A DNA stretch of 49,193 bases, filler included, from Jimgerdemannia flammicorona (Eukaryota), in assembly GCA_003990765.1 (NCBI GenBank). It is 2 parts of 2 records of this genome, joined end to end, with 100 filler letters (N's around TTAATTAATTAA, not from the genome) between each part and the next. Parts side by side here need not be neighbours in the genome. Positions count along the whole stretch, not along the records: positions 1 to 24,548 come from RBNJ01000960.1; 1 more part is not named here. One strand, given 5' to 3'. Positions 1 to 9,877 of this stretch are shown here, piece by piece. The notes beneath the pieces are model-generated. The model was not told the DNA's origin and did not search any database. It saw nothing but the letters and a program-made list of their open reading frames with translations. How positions within the stretch are numbered: the first letter of the stretch is position 1; every line of letters begins with the position of its first letter. The position numbers and the translations under genes were made by a program.

Positions 1-135
1 ATAAGTTATACTATTAAAGACTAAGCTATATTGAGTAAGAGTTATAATTATTAATATATATAATAGTATTAAGACCGATAATTAATTAAATGTAAATTAA
101 AAATATTTATTAGTATTAATAGAATAATGCAATAT

Positions 136-961
136 TGTAATAACTCTCACTTCTATCCCTCTCTTATCCTTTGGATAATTAGGGAAGTGGACTATTACTT
201 AGGGACTTAGTACACAATGTGTACCAAGAAGCCTTTAGTTTGAGGAAGCACTTGCTTAAAGTAGTTGTAGCAGCAGTGCCTTATCTTTCAAAGGTCTTTT
301 TCTGGTTTGCCTTCTGTTTCAAAGGTCTTTCTCTTGTGCTCTATTTCGAGAGTCTTGTTCTTTGCTGTACACAGACTGAATTTGCCTTGGAATTCAGGTT
401 CAATGGGTTTACTTAAGTCTTTGGGGGTTTATATACTGGTCTCAGTTCTGACAGAAGTTAGCTAGGCTTCTGAAGTTTAGTCAAAAACACTAGAGTCACT
501 TAGATATCATTACTAAGACTCAGGGGAATGTGTGTGTGGGGGGGGGACTTGATTCCTGTATCAAGGACTGAACTAAAACTGCTTTATTTCAGATGGAAAA
601 CTGGGGGGTATTTATACAAGTTGGTCCACAATTTCTGACTAAGTATGAGTGACTAATTTGGTAACTATAATGAGATTTGTGATCATGACCTTTGTCAGGT
701 GGTTTTTGGCAAAAACAACTTTGTGATCAGGACCTCAATTACTAGGCAATGATCAGCTGCTGTGGCAACTGTTGCTGCGGTGCTGATTGTTGGGGATAAG
801 CTGGATATCGTTTTCCACATCATTTCATATCATTCGCATCGTTTGTCATTCGTAATTCATATGTCGTGCTTTGTTCGTATGATGATGTCATTTCCAGGTC
901 ATGTGATCATTCATCATTTGTCATTCATCGTTCGTCATTTGTGCTTTCTTATTCTATTATA
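136..961 (-). repeat. 3' LTR of element A
   Basis: Starts TGTAATAAC; ends TATTATA (CA end mutated to TA); colinear with 8533-9358. Confidence 0.95.
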
Positions 962-974
962 TCCTTCCCCTCTT
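962..974 (-). other. Polypurine tract of element A
   Basis: AAGAGGGGAAGGA on the minus strand, abutting the 3' LTR. Confidence 0.9.
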
Positions 975-1803
975 AGAAATCAATGTTCTCATTGATTGAG
1001 AAATTGAGAACCAGGGGAGAGAAAGATGGGGAATCCTCCTTAGAGTCATTACCATCTTCTTCAAGAGCAGGGGGGGTGGTGGTTGCAGATGGCTCACTGT
1101 CCAGGATGGAGAAGTCAATGAGGTCTGCAAATGGTTCTTGCATTGAAATAGGTGCTGGTATAGGGATTCTCCATCTGATGCAGTTGGGGCCATCCAAGTA
1201 GGGCTCTTGATCTTCATGCCTGAGAATATCCATTCAGATAGATGGTCCTTCAAAGAGGTCAGAGAGATCTTGGAGCCATTGGTCAGGGTTGTCATTCAGA
1301 AGGGGGCTCCAGTAGGGTTCGCAGTCAGTAGACTTGAGGGTAATCCAGGAGTTGGCTTCTTGGGCAACCTTGACTTCTAGGGCATCGACCTCAGAGAAAG
1401 AGAGGTTCTGGAAGTCCTTCAGTTGTATGTAGTTGAGGTTGGGGATCATGAAGAGTGCATGGCACATGATTTGATGGACCTTCTTGGCAAGTCTTTGCTT
1501 GTGCCTGTCTAGGTGAGTCCAGTCAGAGACCTGGTCTGTGGGTAGGCCACTTGTATGTTGGAGGAGCTAGTGACCGATTTCATATTCATGCCAGATTTCT
1601 AGGCAGCTGGTAGCAAGGTAGGCCCTTTCAATAAGTTCACAGCAGTCAAGGACATACTGTCCTAGGTCTGGGCTGGAGAGGTTAAGGGCCTCTGAGTGGC
1701 GGTTCCTTCCTTGGATAGCAATCTAGATATGTCCAAAGAGGCGGTCAACCTGGCTTGGGAGGGGCTGGCTACAGCGGGCAGTTTGGCGGCAGGTGGCAGG
1801 CAT
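973..1803 (-). pseudogene. Accessory ORF of unknown function (276 codons, 3 in-frame stops) in env-like position of element A
   Basis: One frame from ATG 1803 (MPATCRQTAR...YVLDCCELIERAYLATSCLEIWHEYEIG...AKKVHQIMCHALFMIPNL...FADLIDF...SPLVLNF) joins track ORFs 1234-1467 and 973-1233; homologous to the LTR ORF of element B. Confidence 0.88.
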
Positions 1804-1868
1804 TCTTGTCTTGTCTTTTTCTTTGTGAGGAAAGAGGGATGAGAGTTGTGGGGTATTCTTGCCTTGGG

Positions 1869-1876
1869 TATTTATA
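1869..1876 (-). promoter_or_regulatory. Candidate TATA box for the accessory ORF
   Basis: GTATAAATACC about 65 nt upstream of ATG 1803; same motif as the LTR TATA at 609-616. Confidence 0.5.
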
Positions 1877-2449
1877 CTTATTCACCTGTCTGATGTGACC
1901 TTCCTTTGGTCATGCTTTCTGGCAAAAATGCATGACCTGTGCTATAAGTGGAGCATGTACTGGTCACATGAGAAAATTCTGATTTCAAAGATCTCGTCAC
2001 CCATCTGTGGTTACACAGGGTTAACAGGTCTTGGTCTACTTTTTTTTTGTCTGGTTGGTACATTTGTGAGGACTGGCCATCCTTGTCTAGGGCAAGGGCT
2101 CCCATTGTCATGGCTGGGGGTTCAAACCTCTCGGAAATAGACTTTTCTTATAATCCGAGGCAATTTCTAGTAACAATATCTGTCACATAGATGGACTTAG
2201 ACTGGTTTCAACATTGTCGGCTTTCCTAAGTTTCACATGAAGTGTCTGTCATCATCCAGCGGAGATGACACAGATGGCATGAAATAGAGTTGTTCAAATG
2301 TATTTTGCTATACTGTACTAGATTGTTCTTTTGCTCGGGTATCTTTTCGTTGGTTATCCATAGTGTTCCTTTTTCTCTGCAATGTTTGGTATTATATGTT
2401 TCCAGTTAAAAATATGTGGTATCCTTCTGCTCGCTGTATAGTCCTATAC

Positions 2450-2660
2450 TTAGAGCTGTAGTTCCTTCCTTTGCTGGGGGGTGAGTGTTTCCATGTAGTC
2501 CTGGAGGGCTTCACGTGCATTCTTTAGGGCTTCTTCTTTTTCCCAGATAGCATCATGGGTGGGGTAACTCTTCCACTTGATCAGGAAAAAGTGCTTGACT
2601 GTTTTGGGATATTTGCAGACCTTGTGGTCAAGTACTTCCTCAATTTTGAATTCCTCATGA
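2450..2660 (-). pseudogene. Chromodomain at the integrase C-terminus
   Basis: EEFKIEEVLDHK...FLIKWKSY...DAIWEKEEALKNA matches the chromodomain pattern. Confidence 0.9.
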
Positions 2661-5600
2661 TCATTGATCCTAATTAGAGGTGGTGGTGGAACTGTATGCT
2701 TGGGGAATGGGTTCTCATGGTAGTCCACCAATTGGCTGATATGGAATACCAGGTGTACTCAAATATTATGGGGAAGTTGCAACTTGTAGTTGACTTCGCT
2801 GATTTTTTCCACGATCTTGTATGATTCAATTCTTCTAGCATGGAGTTTCTTGGCTGGTTGTTGTGCCAGGGTGTCTGGGTGGAGGTGGTCTGTTCTAAGC
2901 ATAACCTTGTCACCAATATTGTAGGAGGCTTCTCTTCATTTCAAGTTCGCGTACTTGGTCTGGTAGTCTTGTGCTTCTATGAGAGCATCTCTTGTCATTC
3001 GGGTAAGGTCAGAAATGGTCTCGGCCAGATCTTGGGCTGCTGAGACTGCTGATTTTGCGGTAATACTTGGGGTCCTTGGGTGTTGACCATGGTTCAGGAA
3101 GAATGGAGTCTTCTTTGTAGAGGTTTGCTGACTATTGTTGTAGGCAAACTCAGCATGGGCTAGGTACTTATCCTAATCATTTTGCTTGTAACAGCAGAAG
3201 ATGCTAAGCATCTGTTTGAGAGTCCTGTTGGTTTGCTTGGTTTGACCATCAGTCTGAGGGTAGTAGGCAGTAGAGAACTTCAGCTTGGTTCCATGGAGAG
3301 AGAAAAATGCCTTCCAGAAATTGCTTGTGAACTTGGCATCTTGGTCAGATACAATGGTGCTAGGCATGCCATATAGCCTGAATACTTGGTTGAGAAAGAT
3401 CTTGGCAATCTCTGGTACTGTAGCAGTGGTCTTGGTGGGTGCAAAATGGGCTTGTTTACTTAGGCGGTCTACAAATACCATGATGGCATCCCATCCTGCC
3501 TTGGTCTTGGGGAGTTGGACAATGAAGTCCATCGCAATCTGGTCCCAATTGTGGCTCGGGATAGGCAAGGGTTGCAGGAGTCCTGCTGGTAGCTTGTTAC
3601 CACTTTTGAACCTTTGGCACATCTCGTATGAGGCCACAAAGTCTTTGATATCCTTGGTCATCTTTAGCCAGTAGAACTCTCTTGAGAGGAGGTTGTAGGT
3701 CTTTTCAAAACCAAAGTGTCCTGCTGCAGGGGTATCATGGAGTTCCTGCATGATCTTGAGTCACAGAGTATCATTGTTGGATACAACCACTCTGTTATGG
3801 TCCCTGTAGATAAGTCCATCATGGTAGGTGAATCTCTTGGCCATTTGCCTCATGGGTTCTGGAACCTCGGCCTCTGGGTCTTGGCAGAATTGAAGGAATT
3901 TCATCAGGGGGCTGTCTTGCTGGTAGCCATCCTTGATCATTTGGGTAAGGTCTCTAATTACTTCGACCATGAAGACAAGTTCGTCTTCCATGTACCTGGA
4001 GAAACCATCAGCCACACGGTTGGTTTTGTCTGGGATATACTTGATTTCCATATCAAAGTTGGCAATGATTTCCATCCAGCGGGCTTGTCTGTGGGTCAGC
4101 ATAGGCTGTATATGAATATACCACAGTGCATGGTGATCAGTATAGGCTACAAATGGCTGTCCTAGGAGGAAATGGCATCATTCCTGGAGTGCAGTGACAA
4201 TAGCCAGGAGTTCCTTCTCATGGATGGTATACCGGGTCTCAGCTGGCTTGAGCTTCTGTGAAAGGTAGGCCACTGGGTGGTCTTCTTGGCTGAGTACTGC
4301 TCCAATAGCAATATCAGAGGCATCTGTGATCAGAGTGAATGGTCTGGTAGGATCAGGTACAATTAGCACTGGGGCCTCAGTAAGAAGTCTCTTGAGATGG
4401 TCCATAGCCAGGGTACATTCAGGGGTCCATTCAGCTTTGATGTTCACTCCTTTATGGGCCAGGCTGGTCAATGGGGCTGCAATAGCAGAGTATTCTTAGA
4501 TAAACCTTCGGTAATAACCGGCAATACTCAGAAAGTGCTGGAGTAGCTTGAGGGTAGTAGGGATAGGGATATCCTTAAGGGCTGATACCTTTCGGGGGTC
4601 CACATTGATACCTTCAGCAGAGATGATGTGTTCTAAGTACTCAATCTGGTCTTGGTAGAACTTACACTTGCTCATCTTGGCATAGAGCTGGTATTCTTGT
4701 AGAAGGATCAGTACTTGTCTAAGGTGGGTATAGTGTAGCTCTACTGTCTCGCTGTAGATTAGTATATCATCAATATACACAAGGACACAGATGTTGAGGA
4801 GTGGTCCAAAGATGTCATTCATCAGATACTGAAATGTTGCTGGTACATTGGTCAATCCAAAAGGCATGACTCAGAACTGGTAGTGTCTAAACTATGTTTG
4901 GAAAGCTATCTTCTCAATGTCCTTCTCATCAATGAGAATCTGGTGGTAGCCATTTCGCAGATCCATTAGAGAAAAGGTCTTGGCCTTGAAGATTTGGTGT
5001 AGCAACTCATCAATCCTGGGCAAGGCATATCGGTTCTTGATGGTGATCTTGTTGAGGGCTCTGTAGTCAATACACATTCGCAGAGAGCCATCCTTCTTCT
5101 TGACAAATAGAATGGGGGCTCCAAATGGAGAGTGGCTGGGTTCAATGTATCTTTGGGCCAGTAGTTTGGTCAATTCATCCTTGAGGGTCTTGAGCTCAGG
5201 TTGAGCCAGTTGATAGATACTCTTGTATGGGGGTTCAGATCCTGGGATAAGATCAATTCCATGTTAGATTTGGTGCTTGGGTGGAAGTCCTTGAGGATCT
5301 TGGAATACATCTTGGAATTCTTCAAACAGTTCTTGAGCTTCTGTTGGGATTGGGCTGCTGGTAGCTTCAGTGACTTCTTGTACTATACAGATGAAGTAGG
5401 TGTTTCCCTTTTTTCGAGAGAGTCTCTTCATTTGAATGATAGAGATGATTTTGATTCCTTGGTGGTTGGTATCTTCCTGGGGTGTCAGGGTGATCTTTCT
5501 GTCTTCATGGGTCAGGTTAACCTCATTGGTTCTCCAGTTAATGTCTGGGTTGTGCTGGGTCAACCAGGCTTTTTCTAAGATAATGTCTTGTCCTGGGAGG

Positions 5601-6164
5601 TCTACAATGCTGAAGTCCAACTTCTCTTGATATTTGCCAATCTTGAGCAAAAGGTCCTCGCAGATCTTAGTCAATGGTGCAGTTTTTCCATCACCAAAGG
5701 TAATACATCTTTTCTCAGTAGTTGGTCTGCTTTGGGCTCTAATCCTCTTGACAGTCTTGGTGCTGATGTAGTTTCCAGTAGCACCACTATCAAGCAAGAC
5801 ATTGATATTTTGTCTGTGGACTTGGCCTGTGAACTTGATGCAACTATCCTCCTTCTTGATAGTATTGAGCTCTTTATCCTCATTGTTGTCCCAATTGCTG
5901 TCAGTCTCCTCAAAGTCAGTTTCTTCTCATCCTTCACAAGTAGGGTTGTCTTGTTTGGGTTCCTCAGTCTGTTGAGCTTGGCACTTCTCGGATTGAATTT
6001 TGAAAACTTTGGAGAGGTATGCATGGCATTTACCAACATATTCCATGCAGTACATTTGAATGGAATGAGGGTATCATCTACATGGTGCATAACCATCTGC
6101 AATTCTCTTGTATCAGTTTTCATCATCTTCCTTCATGGTAGTGACCTTTTGACTGGGAGGTTTG

Positions 6165-6580
6165 TTGGTAGATCCAAACCCTTTCTTGCTCTGATCTGTC
6201 TGAGAGAGTTCAGAGACTTCTTCAATGGTGAGATCTTGATGGATTTCTTCAATGATTGCTTGGGCAATTCTTTGACCTGTTTTGACTTCAAATGAGGTGT
6301 CTCCAAAATTTTGCAAGATGACACGGATTTCACCAGTAAATCCTTGGTCAACTACTCCTTCTCCTAGCCCAATGTTAAACTCTTTGGCTAGGCTGCTTTG
6401 CTCAGCAAGGCGGATGTATGTACCTCTGGGGGCTTGTATTGCAATTTCTGTTCACATGGTGGCATTGGTACTTGGTGGGATGGTGAGGTCTTGGCTGTTG
6501 TAGAGGTCATATTCAGCATCAGTTGGGTGGGCCTTAGTGGGGATGGTAGCCTTGTACCATATCTTCTGTACTTTGATAAC
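6165..6580 (-). pseudogene. dut: dUTPase domain between Gag knuckle and protease (element A)
   Basis: Motifs DAEYDL, QSSLA, GVVDQGFTGEI, GQRIAQ, KGFGST. Confidence 0.93.
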
Positions 6581-8517
6581 ATTCTCAGGGTTCTTCTTTC
6601 CTGGACCTTCTCCAATAACAGTAATGTTCTGGTTACTGGGTTTGCCTGATCTGTTTCTCTTCTTGGGGCATTTGACTGAGATGTATCCTGTCTTCTTGCA
6701 GATGAAGCACAATCCTTTTTCATGGAGCTGCTTTTTCTCATCCTCAGTGGGAGGTCTGGGTCCTCTGGGGTTTTACTGGTTCCTTTGATCATATCTTTGA
6801 TCATATCTTTGGTCATTTCTTTGATTATTTCTCCTGGTAGGATTCCTCCTATCTTGGTTATCCTTCTTGTGTTCTTGATTTCGTGGAGCTTGTACAGTAA
6901 GGATTTCGCAGGCTCTTCTTTGTACTTGGGTAAAGCACTATGAGTAGTGGGGACATCCTTGGGGAAGACCTTGTTCCTTGATCTTCTGGGTGAGCCAGTC
7001 TGGTAGGGCTGCAAAGAGATGATTGGCTCTGGTACCATTGATGGCCAAATTGTTCTCCTGGTAGGTAAGTCTAACGGTTTTAAGATAGGCATCCATTCTG
7101 GTGGCAAAGGTCTCTAGATCCACTTCGCCATTCTTGTGGAACTTCATCTGGGACAGTTTGTTCTATGTTTCTTATATGTAGGCCACATTTCGGAATTTGG
7201 TCAATAGCAAGACCTTGAGTCCTGGGCCTGCTTTATAGTCATCCCAACCTGGTCTATTGTTGCCAGGTACTTGTCTATTGACTTGAGGGCGGGCTTCCCA
7301 GGTTACTGGGTGTTGTTCCAAGGTTCACCAGAATTCAGCTGCTGTTCCAGTGAAGAATGTGGCTACTGTTTCTACTTGTGCTGCTGATGTGGCAAACAGC
7401 TGTTGAAGGGTGCTGTTCTGGTTGTTGGTGAGCATTCCTATAGGTACTTGGTTGTCATTCCATTGGTTTGCTCGGTAGCCTGTGTCAACTGCATTGATGA
7501 AGTTTTCAATATCACTGTTTTTTCCACTGAATATTGGGATTCGCAAGGTCTTGGTTGGTTTGTTCTGTTCAGCAATTTGTCCTACTATCTCTGCTAGTGC
7601 TGCTAGCTGGGTAGTCAGTACTGCAATGTTGACATCTACCATTGTGTTGACTAGTGGTGGTGGGCCTGTTGGGGTAGATTCTCCTAAAGATTATTCTACT
7701 TGGTGGGGTTGTGGTGCTGTATGACTTGGGGTTACTTGGTTCCCAAATATTAAGTCAAAGAGTCCTGTGAGAGAGGGTAAACCAAACCTCTGTATAGGTG
7801 ACTGAGTTGGTCCTGGGGTCTGATCTTCTTGATCTGTGGTTCCTTGATAAGTTCCTAGGCCTGCTGTTCCTCATTGGCTATCGTCAGACTGGTACCCTGT
7901 AGGGTATTCATCTGACTCCCTTCTCTGATGAGATAGTGCATTCTCATACTGACTAGGTCCTTCAAAGAGGATATCAGTCTCTGGCTGAGTTGATGGGCCT
8001 ACTTCTTATTCAGCAGTAGGGGATGGGTGGCCTGCTTGCTTGTTCTCATACCTAGTTATAGCAGAGACATAGTATACAACTAGCCTATAGTAGAGGGAGG
8101 TCTTGGTTGGTGTATGATGATATCTGTCAGAGGCAATCCACTTGGCAGCTGCTTCTCTTGCAGCAGGGGGTGTAATATAATCTAGAAAATCCTGGGTGGC
8201 TGCAGCAGTAGATTCTGGGGTCCTAGTGGTTCCAATGTGTCCTCAGAGGAGTTCATAGAACCTATGGCAGCTAACAATATTCCTAAGTCCTGGGTAGTAT
8301 GTCCTAAAGGCCTGGTATAGATTCTTGTAAGCCTGGTCAATTACAAGCTAGTGGGTCCTTGGGTCTGTAGTTTCCTGGTACCACCTGGTCCTAATGGCAA
8401 GGGCTTCTCTGGCTCTGGTTTGAGGATCCATAGTTATTTCTGGGGGTTACTCCTGTCCAAGGTTGGTCTTGTTCCAACTTCAGGAGTGTGTTCTTAGATA
8501 CCTTCTTGGCTGGTAAT

Positions 8518-8529
8518 CTGCTGCTACCA
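8518..8529 (-). other. Primer binding site of element A (possibly initiator tRNA-Met)
   Basis: TGGTAGCAGCAG, 3 nt after the 5' LTR; tRNA identity tentative. Confidence 0.65.
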
Positions 8530-8532
8530 AGT

Positions 8533-9358
8533 TGTAATAACTCTCACTTCTATCCCTCTCTTATCCTTTAGATAATTAGGAAAGTAGACTATTACTTAAG
8601 GACTTAGTACACAATGTGTACCAAGAAGCCTTCAGTTTGAGGAAGCGCTCGCTTAAAGTAGTTGTAGCAGCAGTGCCTTATCTTTCAAAGGTCTTTTTCT
8701 GGTTTGCCTTCTGTTTCAAAGGTCTTTCTCTTGTGCCCTATTTCGAGGGTCTTGTTCTTTGCTATACACAGACTGAATTCACCTTGGAATTTAGGTTCAA
8801 TGGGTTTACTTAAGTCTTTGGGGGTTTATATACTAGTCTCAGTTCTGGCAGAAGTTAGCTAGGCTTCTGGAGTTTAGTCAGAAACACTAGAGTCACTTAG
8901 ATGTCATTACTAAGACTCAAGGGAATGTATGTGTAGGGGGGGGACTTGATTCCTGTATCAAGGACTGAACTAAAACTGCTTTATTTCAGATGAAAAACTG
9001 GAGAGTATTTATACAAGTTGGTCCATGATTTCTGACTAAGTATGAGTGACTAATTTGGTAACTATAATGAGGTTTGTGATCGCGACCTTTGTCAGGTGGT
9101 TTTTGGCAAAAACAACTTTGTGATCAGGACCTCAATTATTAGGCAATAATCAGCTGCTGTGGCAACTGTTGCTGCAGTGCCGATTGTTGGGGATAAGCTG
9201 GATATCGTTTTCCATGTCATTTCGCATCATTCATATCATTCGTCATTCATAATTCATATGTTGTGCTTCATTCATATGATGATGTCATCGCTGGGTCATG
9301 TGATCATTCGTCATTCGTCATTCATCATTCGTCGTTCATGCTTTCTTATTCTATTACA
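8533..9358 (-). repeat. 5' LTR of element A
   Basis: TG...CA termini with TGTAATA/TATTACA inverted ends; TATAAATA at 9006-9013 on the minus strand. Confidence 0.96.
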
Positions 9359-9877
9359 AATATTTAATTAGTATAATATTTTTTATTAATAAAGTCTATA
9401 ATTTCTTCTATCTATTTTTTAAAAAATAGAAGCATAAATAAGATAATAGTTAGATTAATTATTTTTAATATTCTCTAATTTTTAACTATTTGAAAATAGA
9501 CTAAAAACTAAAGTTTTCTCTTTAGAGATATAATTACTCTTTATAATATTATCTAGTTATTTTTTTTCTCTCTCTAACTATAGAGAGATATCTGAAATAT
9601 AGTTCTTATATAATATAATATAATAAGTAACTTACTAAGTAATAATACTCCAAATGAGCCAATTTGAATATAATTTATCATATGATATTTAGATCTAAGT
9701 TAAATCTAGATTCAATTCATTATATAACTGAGCTAATCTAGATTTAATGTAGATTTGATCTGATTTATTCAATTTAGCTCATCTAATCTTACTCATCCAA
9801 TTCAGCTCATCTAATATAACTCATTTAATTTGACTTATTTAATAAATATTCTAGTAAAATATATATATTAAGTATAT

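Larger units (their letters stand above)
2450..8431 (-). pseudogene. gag-pol: Single-frame gag-pol polyprotein of element A (~1990 codons), broken by nonsense mutations
   Basis: Track ORFs starting at 7642, 7147, 6712, 6316, 5797, 5173, 4867, 4471, 4102, 3751 and 2731 share one frame; CFICKKTGYISVKC knuckle, LDSGAT protease, [11 protein letters not shown] and YIDD RT, TDAS RNase H, GHFG..IAMDFI..DGQT integrase. Confidence 0.95.
136..9358 (-). mobile_element. Full-length Ty3/Gypsy LTR retrotransposon A (chromovirus-like, dUTPase-bearing), inactivated
   Basis: Two 826-bp direct repeats (136-961, 8533-9358); 5-bp TSD AATAT at 131-135 and 9359-9363; PBS, PPT and gag-dUTPase-PR-RT-RH-IN-chromodomain on the minus strand. 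Confidence 0.97.

Noticed and set aside
219..416. 65-aa ORF duplicated at 8616-8813
   Set aside because: Duplicated only because it lies in the LTR; GTG start, antisense to the element, no motif
973..1803. Calling the accessory ORF env
   Set aside because: No signal peptide, transmembrane helix or furin-type site visible
9640..9852. Short CCAATTCAGCTCAT-like repeats as the end of a DNA transposon
   Set aside because: Too degenerate; no matching opposite end or TSD found
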